Below, one piece after another: positions 39,021 to 52,420 of a DNA stretch of 64,000 bases; the first letter of the stretch is position 1; each line of letters opens with the position of its first letter. This DNA is from Octopus vulgaris. Taxonomy: Eukaryota. Location of the stretch: assembly GCA_951406725.2 (NCBI GenBank), contig OX597814.1, positions 215,822,001-215,886,000 of the forward strand, written 5' to 3'. The notes beneath the pieces are model-generated. The model had not been told where the DNA came from, searched no databases, and saw nothing but the letters and a program-made list of their open reading frames with translations. Both the position numbers and the translations under genes were made by a program.

Positions 39021-39331
39021 CTGTAATAAATAAAGTATACAACATATTTAATCCAACAAATGTTCTTACTCAAAATATATATAATTAACTTGTGATATAA
39101 TTTCAGTAATTTATCGGCTGCAATGCCAAGAAACAATACAATTCCATCATTTAGAAGATCCTTTTATAGACAGGGGGGAACTTTCTAGGTGCAATACCAT
39201 GGCCATTGATGACCGAGGTGGGGTGGGGGTGGGTCTTTAGCCCCCATTAATATACAATGGTATTTAATAAGAACTAACTTTGTTTCTCCCTTGTTGAACA
39301 CATTTCTTTTCTTTCTTCTTTGTTCAGTTAA

Positions 39332-39390
39332 ATAATAATAATAATAATGATAATAATAATAATAACAATAATAATAATAATAATAATAAT
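39332..39390. repeat. (AAT)n microsatellite
   Basis: Directly visible. Confidence 0.95.
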
Positions 39391-39649
39391 TGTTTTAATG
39401 TTTCCTTTTCCATGTTTCAGGTGGAATTGGTTGAGGCAAATTTTTCTATGTCTAGGTGACATTCCTATCACCCACCCCTACACCAAGGAAGCTAATATTG
39501 CCCCATGGCCAGACATGTTTTTATTGTAGACTGGAAACGGATGACACTGCTTGTATGATGGTGATCCTTGTTTACAAATATCATGTGATTAAAAGACAAA
39601 CAGGTACTAACACAGTCACACACACACACACACACCCATATATTTATAT

Positions 39650-39947
39650 ATCATCATCATTATCATCATCGTTTAGCGTCCGTTTTCCATGCTAGCATGG
39701 GTTGGACGGTTCAACTGGGGTCTGTGAAGCCGGAAGGCTTCATCAGGCCTAGTCAGATCTGGCAGTGTCTCTACGGCTGGATGCCCTTCCTAACGCCAAC
39801 CACTCCGTGAGTGTAGTGAGTGCTTTTTACGTGCCACCCACACAGGTGCCAGACAGAGCTGGAAAACGGCCACGAACGGATGGTGCTTTTTATGTGCCAC
39901 CGGCACGGGGGCCAGGCGAGGCTGGCAACGGCCACGAACGGATGGTG

Positions 39948-39948
<1 letters not shown>
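39650..39948 (-). mobile_element. Short RTE 3'-UTR fragment, CpG-rich and therefore probably young
   Basis: Closely matches 1455-1690 and 58121-58340, with a (CAT)n tail. Confidence 0.85.
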
Positions 39949-39984
<36 letters not shown>

Positions 39985-39986
<2 letters not shown>

Positions 39987-41075
39987 AAATAAGGAAATGG
40001 AGAAATACATCTTAATCAATAATCAACTACCAGATAATACCCAATCAATTAAGTTATCCTTGACAAATACCTACCGACTATACGTAAGAAGATTAAGCTT
40101 AGCCTTTGGAAAAATACTCAGGGTGCATTAGATTGGTTCTCTACCATTAAGGTTAGTAATAATAGTAGCAATAAATTTATCCAATTGGATATACAAAATT
40201 ACTACTCCTCCATTAACCCTATTATATTAAATCAGGCTTTAATTTTTGCTAGGAGACACACCAACTTAAGTATGGGGGAGGTAAAGGTTATCTTAACAGC
40301 TAGAAAAACATTAATCGAATTTGACAACAAATTATGGGCTAGAAAAGACACACCTGATTTATTTGACATCACCATGGGTTCGCCGGATTCAGCGGAAGTG
40401 ACGGATTTGGTAGGGATGTATTTACTCGATAACCTAAATCGGGAATTCCCTGAATTAAAGGGCGGCCTATATAGAGACAATGCTTTGTTTCTAATTAAAA
40501 ACACATCTAATAGAAGGCTAGATTTACTGAAAAAACGACTGCATAAAGTTTTGGCTTATCTATAATTATTGAAAACGAAAATTACTCTGTCAATTATTTA
40601 GATGTCAATTGCAACCTTACTAATGAGATACATGAACCTTATATTTAAACCTAATTCTAACTTAGTATATATAAACTACTCTAGCAATCACCCCCGTCAA
40701 ATTAAAAAGTCACTGGTACATAGCATTAGTCAAAGAATCTCTTATCTATCCTCAAACTGGGACATATTTAATAAGCATTGTGAAAGATATAATACGGCAT
40801 TGCTTAATGCAGGCTACACAAGTAAAATTAGGTATATACCCAATAATAATCTTTCGAATCAAGGTGGATCTATTACTACTAACATAAATGAATTCCAAAT
40901 TGACAATAGTAACTGTAGAATAAAGAACAATGGCAATAATGCTAGTTTTGGTACTTTTAGAGCTGTTGACCTTAGTTTAAATAACTTAGCGCACAATATT
41001 GATATTAATAATACAAATAATAATATGAACAATAGTCATGATATTATATATGATAATAGAAAAATTTATTTACGC

Positions 41076-41106
<31 letters not shown>

Positions 41107-42200
41107 GCAACAATAATGATAAAACTAATTTTAACAATAATTTTGGTCATAATCATGGCAATATTAAACATAGAGGGCATATGGGATGGAAGAGGAACAG
41201 GGTTTTTACCGACAATAAGAATTTGATAGGTAACCCACATAGTGATAATGATGCACTATGGCTAATAATCCCATATGCAATGCAGATTAAAACAGATATT
41301 GTTATAATAATCCATAATTTATTGTATAAGCACTTTGTGAAGGGTAAGAATAAATTTGGTCAAATAATTAACAATAAAACTATTAGAATAGGGTATAGCC
41401 TTACGCACAATTTAGCCACCATCATTTCCTCCTTTAATAATAGAAAATTAGACCGCTTCTATAGTGATAGAAAGATAAATTTGGGTAGCAGAAATTTGCC
41501 TCTCCATAACCGGGGAGGTAAAAAATCTAATAGTACGAACGTGAGCAACCCTCATGTTGGTTATAATAGTACTACCCCTGTAGCGATAAATGTTAATTCA
41601 ATGGATGATATTACTATTCACAATAGTAATCCTAATGATATGAATACCACTAATAATGTTAAACATGGACTCCCATTAAATATAGGATTAAGTAGTGGGA
41701 ATGTGTGTAATACTATTAATAATAATAGGGATGCGGTGAATTGTGGCAGGGTTAAATTTCCTCAATCTGATAGGAGATGCAATTGCAGAAACAGAGATGA
41801 ATGTGTGTTTAGTAATGAATGCCTGAGGAAAGAGGTGGTTTATCACTGCATTGTGAATACACATGATAGGAGGGTTTACATTGGTGCAAATAAAAATAGC
41901 ATGAAACAAAGACTAAACTATCATAGACACACATTTAGAAATAAAAATAGGATGAATTCTACGGGGTTAAGTACTTATATTTGGGAACTTAAGAGCAAGA
42001 ATATAGATTTTGACTTAAATTGGAAAATAAGCACTTCCGCACCAGTATATAGTAATAGAAATAAAACATGCTCTTTATGTATCAATGAAATTTTCTTCAT
42101 CATCAAAGCTGGCCTACCCATTATTAATAATATTAATGAGCGAAATTTTTTTGCCTTCACAGACTAGCATATACCTTCTCTAGATTTAAATAACACCTAG
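39985..42200 (+). mobile_element. Penelope-like element (Naiad-type), RT plus GIY-YIG, 5'-truncated and frameshifted
   Basis: RT motifs WKNT..LDWF, FIQLDIQNYYSSI, FDITMGSPDSAEVTDLVG and GLYRDN. CNCRNRDEC..EC cluster, VVY..VYIG..KQRLNYH GIY-YIG, and CSLC. A terminal CLH is recovered by adding one T to the T-run at about 42150. Confidence 0.85.
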
Positions 42201-43058
42201 TTTTTCTACCAGTAATTTTTTATAACATTTTTTTATATGGGATTGCGCTCTTGGACATTATAATTTATAATTTTTTATCTCCATATATGTGTTCTGTATT
42301 GATTGTTTTTGTCTCGGCACCAAATACTGTGTTATTTAGCGTGAGAGGATGTCTCATATGGATGTCTGGTGCATCAAAGCACTCATATATTGTTGGCAGA
42401 CAAGAATCGACTGCTTGGGTGCTAGGACTGCCACACACTCACACAACAACAACAAATACTGTACTTCTAGAATGTCAGCTGTGCCACAACAGGCCTCTTT
42501 TCAATTCCCGTCCACCAAATCCACTGAGAAGTTTGGGCCGAACCCAGGTCTATAATGAATGACTTGCCCAAAATACCTTGCTAGGGAACTGAACCAGAAA
42601 TCATGTGGAACGTCAACCTTTTAACCATAACCAACCACATCTTCTACAATAATATATATATATATATAATATCATCATTGTCATCATTTCACCTCTGTTT
42701 TTGATGCTGGCAAGGCCGGAGAGCTGTCCAAGTACCAATTTTCTCTTTTGGTATAGTTTCTATGGCTGGATTCCCTTCCTTTCCAGAATGCCAACCACTT
42801 TAGAGAATGCACTGGGTGCTTTTTCTGGGACACTGTCACAGGAGCTGGTGCCACGTAAAAAGTGGGGTTGCCAAGTTACTTGCAAGACAAAGACTTTTAG
42901 TTGAGACGGGGAGTGAAACCAAGGGAAGTGGATGGATGCCAGAGGAGATGTTAGAGCATGAGAGAGGGACAGGATAGTTGCCTTGCTATACACTAAATAG
43001 TGTAATTACTCTTTCTGTGCCAATTAATTTGAACAGAAACAAAATGGTAAATTCTTAC

Positions 43059-43307
43059 CTGTACTGAGTGCAGGAATTGCAATTGATGTATAAGACTTTT
43101 CTTCAAGACCTGCCAAACAATTTCGAACAGCTCTTGAAAGGTGAAAAATTTCCTCAGTTTGTCCATCATTCCAAATGGGTCCAACAGCATGAATGATAGC
43201 CTTGCATTTGAGTTTACCAGCTTTAGTTGACACTACCTCTCCAGGTGTTAGTTCACTCTTTCTTTCTTTCATAATTCTGTTAGATTCAGCTTGAATTCCA
43301 AACCCAC
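43059..43307 (-). CDS. PARP14: PARP14-like exon, macrodomain 1 core
   Basis: GFGIQAES...AGKLKCKAIIHAVGPIW...SIAIPALST. Acceptor tttgcag|GT, donor ACAG|gtaag. 249 nt, phase 1-1, in frame with the previous exon. Confidence 0.9.
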
Positions 43308-43899
43308 CTGCAAAGATATTTGCATTCTTATGTTCCTGTTTAATACATGTTAACATATGTTAATATGTGTAATATATTAATATATTATTTCAATATCTCA
43401 GTGAAAAAATACGAATCGCAGAAGATGCTCAGATAAGAAGTTTTGTCTTTTCAACCTCGTCGCTTACTCTTCTATTTCTGCACAAATCATAAACCCCTTG
43501 TTAGTTCTTTTCATTATTCTGCCTATTTCATTACCATGTAGACATGTAAATATAGTTTCAATAGTTTCGTCTTCCCTGTTTTTGCCTTTAAGATAACCTT
43601 AGCTCAAGCAATTCCTTAACCGCAACATATTCATTCATTCATCTATGAAAGTCTATCACACAGTCACTATTTCTCTAATTTTGTCTTAGACTGGCTCTCA
43701 GATTCTTCAGTTCTATTTTACTCTTATCAACATTTGCTGTCTCGTTAAATTAACTATGCCACACAAATCCCAAAAGAATATTTTTCTCCCTCGTGTTCTG
43801 AACATCTCTACCCACCCTCTCTCTCTGTCTTTGTCTCGCTCTCACTCTGGCTGTGTGTCTCTCTCTTTTTTGATTACCACTCGCCTCGCCAAGACTTCC

Positions 43900-46795
43900 T
43901 CCTCCTCCCCCAACACCACCACCCTATATATACTAGTGCACGCACTTGGATTCCCCTACTCGATTTTTAATACCACTGCCGAAAGAATATGTATCCAGAA
44001 GATGCTCTCGTCCAAATTTGCTAGTTTGCAAATGGACAGAGATTTAGAGACATATTACTCAAAGCCTTTGAAGAAATAGAAGGGGATATAGCTCCACACG
44101 TTGTAGAAGACAACTGGAGGTTTCTACAGGACAAACTGCTGAGGGCCACTGACCAGATCTGTGGATGTTGCAAAGTCCCCTCTTGACCCAAAATTACATG
44201 GTGGTGGAACAATGTTGTTGACAGGGCTATTAGAGAAAAGAAACAGGCTTGGAAAGACTGGAAGAACGGTGGTAGCAGGGAAGTGTATCAGACTCCCAGA
44301 AGGGAAGCTAGGAGGCATGTTTATTTAGTCAGAAGGGAAGCAGATAAGGAAAAATTTGCCAATGTTCTGCGCCGTGAGGATCAAAGACTTCAGGTATTTC
44401 GTGTTGCAAGACAGTGCATGAGAGAGAATCATGATGTTGTAGGAGAGAAATGTGTTCGCATGGATGATGGTTCTCTTGCACTAAACGAAGCGGCAAAGAG
44501 AGAGATTTGTAGATGCCACTATGAAAGGTTGCTGAATAAAGAAAATGAATGGGAGAAAGAGGGTCTGCTGAATGTTGACCCCACAGAGCGACCAGATATC
44601 CGAGTTGACAGTACCTTGGTAGATAAAGCAATTAAGAATATGAAGACCGGGAAAGCCACTGGCCCATCAGGAATCACTGCAGAAACGCTCAAAATATCTG
44701 GCAGTGTCAGCTATAGTCTAGTCAACTTTATAGGTAACCAGGTGATACACGAAGGAGTCATACCCAATGACTGGTGTAGCAACACTATAGTCAACTGCTA
44801 CAAAGGTAAAGGTGACGCTTTAGACACAAATAATTACAGAGGTATCAAGCTGTTCGATCAGGTATTGAAGGTCATGGAGAGGGTCATAGCCCAACTAATT
44901 AGGGAGAAAGTCAGTTTAGATGAGATGCAGTTTGGGTTCATGCCAGGGAAAAGCACCACTGATGCTATATTTCTGGTAAGACAGCTGCAGAAGAAATACC
45001 TAGCCAAAGATAAACCTCTGTACCTGGCTTTTGTTGAGAAAGCCTTTGACAGGGTCCCCTGACCCCTTATCTGGTGGTCAATGAGTAACCTAGGGATGGA
45101 TGAATGCTTAGTGAGAGCTGTGCAAGCCATGTACAAGGACGCTGTCAGTAAGGTGAGGGTTGGCAATGAGTACAGTGAAGAATTCTGGGTGGAGGTAGGG
45201 GTCCACCAAGGTTCAGTCCTCAGCCCCCTCCTATTTATCATAGTTCCTCAGGCAATAACAGAGGAATTCAAGAGTGGATGCCCCTGGGAGCTCCTCTATG
45301 CTGACGACCTTGCTCTAATTGCTGAGTCAGTATCAGAATTTGAGAAGTTTCAGGTGTGGAAACAAGGATTAGAATCGATGGGCCTCAGTCAACCTAGCTA
45401 AAACCAACGTCCTAATAAGTAGGAAGGCAGGCAAACCACAAATCCCTTCAGGTAGATGGCCCTGCTCGATCTGTAGAAATGGCGTAGGTAGAAACTCTAT
45501 AAGATGTACCCAGCATAAGCTATGGACACATAAGAGGTGCAGCAATGTCAAAGGAAGGCTAACTGGGAAGATAGTTTTTGTATGTGGCAGATGCTCAGGA
45601 GCAATAAACACTGAAAATGTGCAGAGAAGAACTTCTGCCACATTCCAGGGAGAAAAACTAGAAGTAGTTGACAGCTTCCATTACCTAGGTGACCAAGTCA
45701 GTAGCGGTGGGTGGGTATTCACTGAAAGTGTAGCTGCTAGAATAAGAATAGCCTGGGCAAAGTTCAGAGAACTCTTACCTCTGCTGGTGAGTAAAAGGTA
45801 GACTGTATGACGCATGTGTATCAACAGCCATGCTACTTCGCAGTGAAACATAGGCTATGACTGCTCACGATATGCGTAGGCTCGCAAGGAATAAAGCCAG
45901 TATGATCCGCTGGATGTGTAATGTCAGTGTGCATACTCGACAAAGTATGAGTACCTTGAGAGAAAGGTTGGACCTAAGAAGCATCAGATTGGGGTGCAAG
46001 AGAGATGACATAGTCATATGGCGAGAATGGATGAGGACAGCAGTGTGAAAAAGTGCCACACCCTAGCATTTGAGGGAACCTGTGGAAGAGGTAGACCCAG
46101 GAAGACCTGGTTCGAAGTGGTGAAGCATGACCTTCGAACATTAGGCATCACCGAGGCAATGACTGGTGACCGAGACTTTTGGAAATATGCTGTGCTTGAG
46201 AAGACCTTGCAAGCCAAATGAGACCATAACTTTGCGTCCTATGCCAGGGGTGTAACCAGCCCACTTATGTGTACCTTTCCTTCTTTGGACACTAAACTCT
46301 GATTACAAAGACCTGTTGACGCAAGTGAAATCGAAATCGATTTCGATGACTGGCAACCATGCTAGTGGAACACTATGAGCACCATCCGAGAGTGATCGTT
46401 GCCAGAGCAGCTAACTGGCTTCCATGGTGGTGGCACATAAAAAGCACCATTCGAGCGTGATTGTTACCAGCGTTGTCTTAGTGGCACTTGTGCTGGTGGC
46501 ATGTGAAAAAACATTTGAGTGAGGTCGTTGCGAGTGCCACTGGATTGGCACATAACAAACACCATTTGAGCGTGGCTGTTGCCAGTACCGCCTGAAGCTA
46601 ACTGGGTTCCATGTCGGTGGCATGTAAAAGCACCCACTACACTCTCAGAGCGGTTGGCGTTAGGAAGGGCATCCAGATGTAGAACCTCTGCAAGATCAAG
46701 AATGGAGCCTGGTGCAGCCATCTGGTTTTCCAGTCCTCAGTCAAATTGTCCAACCCATGCTAGCATGGAAAGCAGATCTTAAACGATGATTATTA
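43900..46795 (+). mobile_element. RTE-clade LINE with internal deletion of the APE domain
   Basis: RT ORF pieces 44283-45401 (KAFDRVP, LYADD), PHD-like cluster, RGRPRKTW, 3' UTR repeats and taaacgatgat tail. The segment ccaacaccacc at about 43910 resembles the 5' UTR of the copy at 63570-64000. Confidence 0.9.
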
Positions 46796-47797
46796 TTATT
46801 TTTATTATAAATATATTTTGTTATATATATCAATATATATATTACATTTTAATTCTATTTTACTTGTATACACACACACACACACACACGTATATGTATA
46901 TATTTTTTTTCTTCACAAACCCTTTTGATTGGAATTCGACCCACTTCTTTTTTTTCGTTTCTTCTCTTCTTCCTTCCAAAATGAAAAGCTCTACTTTGTA
47001 TTTTCTCCCTTCTGTATTCAGCCTTATGTGGCCAATAAATAAACACATATATACAACAGACTGTTAGTGTATTGAGAGAGAAGTTTGGCAGAAGAAGAAT
47101 TGGATGCAGTCTGTGAGAGAAGACAGTGCTGGTTTGGTCATGTGATGTGGATGGATGCTGACAGCTCAACAAAGAAGTGCCGTACATTCAAAGTGGATGG
47201 AACTTGTGTAAGAAGGAGACCCAGTAAAACAGAGGACGAAGTTCTGAAGGAGAACCTCTGAACGGTGAACCTTGTGGATGAGATGACAAAGGACTGAGAT
47301 ATCTGGTGCCTTGCTGTGCTCAAGAAGACCTGACCTCCACAGCAGAAGTGTATCAACTTTATGCTTAGAGAAAATAGGAAGTGTTTAACATTTTGAGTCT
47401 ACTCTTTGACAGAAAGAATAGAAGAAGAGAGAGAGAAAAGAAAAAAACCTGTGTCAGAGTGTCACTAGAAGCTGAAATGATGGGAGGAGGAAGAGGTTGC
47501 TGAAGATGTGAGTGGCTCTGGCAACCAAGAGAGACATCTATGAGAGCTGACTTGAGGTACGAGTGACAAGGGAGACAACTATGAACTTGGCACGTGTATG
47601 TGAGCACACATGTGTATGAGACTACTGTGTATAAGTATCTATGCATGTGTGTATGTATGTCCATGCTTTTGGTTTATGTGTGTGTGTATAAGGCTATGCG
47701 ATGTAACTGTGTGTGCAAGCAAGTGGATGTATATAAAGCTCTTGTGTGCATGTATACTGTGTGTGTGTGTTCATGCGTGTTGGTACGTACATGTGTA

Positions 47798-47828
<31 letters not shown>

Positions 47829-48373
47829 CTGTGCACCATAATTTAATGTCCATGGCTGGGTGTCCTTCCTGTAGCCAAGTGCCACATGTTTCCAAATGAG
47901 GGAATATTTCTCCATGGTCAGACATGTTTTTCATGGAAGACTGGAAATGACACAACATCACTTGTGTGATGGTGATGTTCATTTACAACCATCGTGTGCT
48001 GTCAACACCTGGCTACTCACCCTCACACACACACACACATATATATATGTATGTATTACAAAATATAAAGTTATATCTTGAGTGACAACAACACTCAAGA
48101 TATACAACGGACTGGAAATAGAAGTGCTCCAATGAGCTGTATACACTTTTTATAAAAAAGTATATATGTATGTATAAATGATGAGCTTCTTTCAGTTTCT
48201 ATCAACGAAATCCACTCCCAAGGCTTTGGCCAACCACTGACCTATAACAGAAGACACTTGTCCAAAATGCTGTGAGTGGAATTGAACCTGAAACCACGTG
48301 ATCAGGAAGTTAGCTTCTCAACCACACTTGGATCTAAAAAGAAACATTAACTATAAAAAATGGTATTACTAAC

Positions 48374-49909
48374 CTTTCTGCACGATGACTGCTGCAACAC
48401 CTCCCATATGTTCCAATCTACCATTTGCAGCATTAACAATAGCATCTGTGTCCAGAGTCGTGATGTCACCTTCCCTCAACACGATTTCACAGTTCTTATA
48501 ATTAACTTTAACTATTTCTTCTGTTTCACTTTCTAAATTTGAATTTAATGATATTATACTCTCAGATTTCTTCTGCATTTCACACAAGAAAGTGTTTCCT
48601 TCTTCACTTTCCAGAAATTCTTGAAATCTAAACATTTCAAAGTTTTCTTCTTGTGATCTGATATCTTTTATTAAATTTTCTATAAATATTTCCATTTTCT
48701 TAAATTGCTCTTGTGTTCCTTCCAGGTGTAACTTATTATCTTTGAGACACACATTCTTAATTTTATTTTTCGCACCAAAGTCATTGATTTCTTGTTCTTT
48801 GAACTCTTTAAGAAAGAGGAAATGTGCATGAGTCATCGATATATAAGGTTCATCAGTTAAAGATTGCTTAAAGTTATCAATTTTGCTTTTTATATCATTA
48901 ACTACAGCATCAACAGCAACAAGAGAATTTTCTCCAATAAAATGGGAATCTGGAAACTCTTCTTTTAGTTTTTCAACAAATGTCAGCCACTTTCCATAAT
49001 TTGGAGTATCCTTAATTTTGTGTACAAAATCCAGTGTGTTGGCGACAAAAGTTTCTTTCATAATTTCTTCCAAAAGTGAAAGATGTGTTTTATCACTTGC
49101 ATAAAGTAATACTGAATCACCATCACCCGTTTCCCATGAACCAATACATTTCTTGTTTCTCAGTTTGTCATCAAGATATTCTTTCACTGGTTTTTTATTT
49201 ATGATCATTCCAGTATTTAAAGGCAAACACAATTCAGATTTAACAATTGACTGAAGAATTTTATACATATTCTTGAGACAAGTAGCTAATTCGGAATACT
49301 GGCCTTCAAAAATAACTTTGTTACCATGAATTCTGACTTGTAGATCTTCAGATTGTCTTTCTACCTGCTCAAAAAATCTGAGACCAGATAGAATACGCCT
49401 TCCATGAATACTTAAATCATCCTCATATATCGATCTAAGATTATCCAAAAGTCTGTTTTTCATTTTAATCACATTACTTTTATCAAATCCAAAAATATGA
49501 ACTTTATGATATTGGATATCAAAATAAAAATATTTCTTATCATCATCACTTTTAAATGTTCTAACAACGTCTTCAAAAATATTGGTTGGAACATCAATGA
49601 TTTCAACAGTAATGGAATTTAATAAGTCTTCCAAACATTGTTCAATTTGCTTCAAATTTCCTTCAGAATAACTTAATTTCAGTTTATTAAACTTGGAATC
49701 TTTCCATATTACTTCAGCCCATTTCTTTAATTGGTCATTAACTATGATTTTATGTCTTTTTAAGAAAGTCAGATGGAACTTGGAAGGTAGTAAATAGTCA
49801 TGGACTTGCTGTCTTGAAATGGTATTTTCTTCTGATGGTTCCCTCAATGGTTGAACATCTGACTTCACATTTTGCAGTATATGATCTCTGCTACAATCGT
49901 CCAGCACAA
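48374..49909 (-). CDS. PARP14: PARP14-like macro-PARP, large coding exon (KH-like region plus start of macrodomain 1)
   Basis: Open 512-aa ORF ending EIVLREGDITTLDTDAIVNAANGRLEHMGGVAAVIVQK (macrodomain GDIT/NAAN/GG motifs). Acceptor tttag|TT at 49910/49909, donor AAAG|gttag at 48374/48373. 1536 nt, phase 1-1. The KH assignment and PARP14 orthology are inferred from architecture. Confidence 0.85.
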
Positions 49910-50079
49910 CTAAATTATGAAAAAGTAAAAAGATAAAATCATTTCGTTGGTGAGGGATTAGGGGTGAGCTGGGGAGTTTAGTGGGTAAAGACAGAAAAGT
50001 ATTTGAAGACAGAAAAATATAATCAACATTTAACAGACACTAAGTAAACACTATCTCTATTAATTATAATAAATACTAG

Positions 50080-50620
50080 AAACATCACTGGAATTTTGGT
50101 TTTAAATTTTGGCACAAGGCCAGCAATTTCAGGAGAGTGGCTAAGTCAATTACATCAACCCCAGTGCTCAGCTGGTACTTATTTTATTGACCATAAACAT
50201 CACTGAAATTTTGGTTTCAAATTTTAGCACAAGACCAGTAATTTCAGGAGAGAGGCTAAGTCAATTACATCAACCCCAGTGCTCAGCTGGTATTTATTTT
50301 AATGACCATATACATCACTGGAATGTTGATTTCAAATTTTGGCACAAGGCCAGCAATTTCAGGAGAGTGGCTAAGTCAATTACATCAACCCCACTGCTCA
50401 ACTGGTACTTATTTTATTGACCATAAACATCACTGAAATTTTGGTTTCAAATTTTGGCACAAGGCCAGCAATTTCAGGAGAGTGGCTAAGTCAATTACAT
50501 CCACTCCAGTGCTCAGCTGGTATTTATTTTATTGACCATAAACATCACTGGAATCTTGATTTCAAATTTTAGGACAAGGCCAGCAATTGCAGGAGAGTGG
50601 CTAAATAGATTACATCGATC
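50080..50620. repeat. Minisatellite of about 115 bp, about 4.6 copies, derived from a CORE-SINE body
   Basis: acatcactg recurs at about 50082, 50197, 50312, 50427 and 50541. The unit contains the reverse complement of the CORE-like ggtc.ataaaataagtaccag..ggggttgatgtaattgactta. A SINE head lies at about 50640-50720. Confidence 0.9.
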
Positions 50621-50884
50621 ACATTGCAAATGCAAGAGGATGAAAGACATAGTCATCCCTGTCAGAATTTGAACATTGAGTGTGAAGATGGACGAAATAC
50701 CGCTAGCCATTTCATCCGACATGCCCGCCCATCACCATTATCACTGAGATAATAAGAAACATCATCATCATTTAGCGTCTGTTGTCCCTGGTGATATGGG
50801 TTGGACAGCTTGACCAGGGCTGGTAATGTGGGAGACTGCAACAAATGCCAGTCTGGTTTGGAGTGGTTTTCTATGCCTGGATAC

Positions 50885-52420
50885 TTTGCGATCGTCAACC
50901 CATGCCATGCTGAGTTTGTATGTCTTCTCTTGCAGTTCCTGATAATTAGATTCGCAATTAAGAGCTGATCCTTCGTTTCCTGACTTCTTTTACGGTACCC
51001 TTTCTGTTTAATGGGTAGCAGCCCACTTTTTCCCAAGCATCTGTACAGTTCAGCAGCCAAATTACCTGACATTAGTTTCCATGTTGCATCCAAGTTGGAT
51101 GTAACATTTCCCTTTCCAGGATCCTTGGAACATAACAATGTCTTTCCCTTTGTCTTCCAGCTGGGTACTGCACCTTCCTGCAAGCACTCATCTAGCTGTT
51201 GCACTCTCCTTTGATGGATCCCTCTCAGCTTCTTCATCCAATAATCTGGGACCCCATCCAGTCCTGGGCTCTTCCAATTTGGGAATTTTCTTAACTGCTT
51301 TTTTTTATCATTTCTGTAGTTATTTTTATGTCTTTTTTACCTTCTATATTTCTTAACCTATCTTGGATTTCATGCAGCCACTCTGCTTCATTATTATCAT
51401 CTGCAGATTGGTACCAGATCTCTCTCCAAAATGCCCTACTTTCCTCTGCTTCTGGTATCATTGTTATGTGTAATTGCCCATCCAGTTCCTGAAACAGTTA
51501 CTTCTGATATGCTTCTAACAATCTGTTCTGCTTGAATTATTTTCTTCTATTGTCATATCTTTCCTGTTTTGCTTTGATTGCTCCAACTCTTTGTTTCATT
51601 TCTTCCAATATCTCATCATACAATTTATCTCTTATTCCATCTGTCCTTTCCAGCATCATTCTTATACTTTCATTCTGCAATTCCCCTCTTCTCAATCTAT
51701 CAACTTGTCCTAAATGCCTTTGTTCCTTACAAATTCCTCTACACCAGAACGGTTCTTTACGTTCTATTTGTTCTTTCCTTTTCTATCCAATTCTATCTGC
51801 AGCAACAGTTGCTGCACCCCAAATAATCTTGTGAGTTTCAGTGATATTTCTCGTATGGAACAGCCCAAGAACTGAATCTATCTTTCTGGTTTCAACCTTG
51901 ATCTTGCATTGGTCAATGTACCTCAGATTATGGGGGGGAAGGGTCTTGATCCTGGTCTTCTCAAATATATCCTCTCTACGTCTTGTTGGGCATCACCGTA
52001 TTATTGGGATACAGCTCTTCCTATTACTTCTGCTTAATTTGTGGAGAATGCATTTACACTTTGCTCTACATCTTCACTGCCCTTATTTATTTCTCTGTTC
52101 TCACTGGGCACATTATCTGTTGGTGAAGGATTATTTCTCCTTTCTACTTTTCTTTTTATCTCTTCAATTTCCATGTCCGTTAACCACCTTTTTTCTCTAA
52201 TTGCTCTTGCCTGGTCGGCTAACAATTGCTCACTTGTTTTGAAGAGTCCTATCTCATTCCATTTGGCTCTCATTCATTGTCAGAATCCCCTTCTGTTGGG
52301 TTCATTCCTGATCCAGCATTCAATTTGATTTCGTGCACAAGCAGTTTCTGGGTAATGACTGATCCTACACTGCTCAACATCAGGGCACTGTTGGTTCATG
52401 ATTCTTGAGACACGTGAGCA
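50885..52420 (-). mobile_element. R4/Dong-like non-LTR retrotransposon, decayed N-terminal and RT part
   Basis: SEQLLADQARAIREKRWLTDMEIEEIK and VPSWKTKGKTLL.SKDP.KG..WKLMSG..QKGYRK.S..TKDQLLI. Confidence 0.75.

Noticed and set aside
40185-42200. Selenocysteine-encoding Naiad (in-frame TGA with SECIS)
   Set aside because: Some Naiads are selenoproteins, but the Cys positions here are TGT/TGC and the ORF breaks are TAA/TAG or frameshifts.
47594-47982. Cys/Val- or His/Thr-rich ORFs
   Set aside because: Translations of degenerate (TG)n repeats.
50080-50620. CRISPR-like array
   Set aside because: Whole units repeat with no unique spacers, and the context is a eukaryotic SINE.
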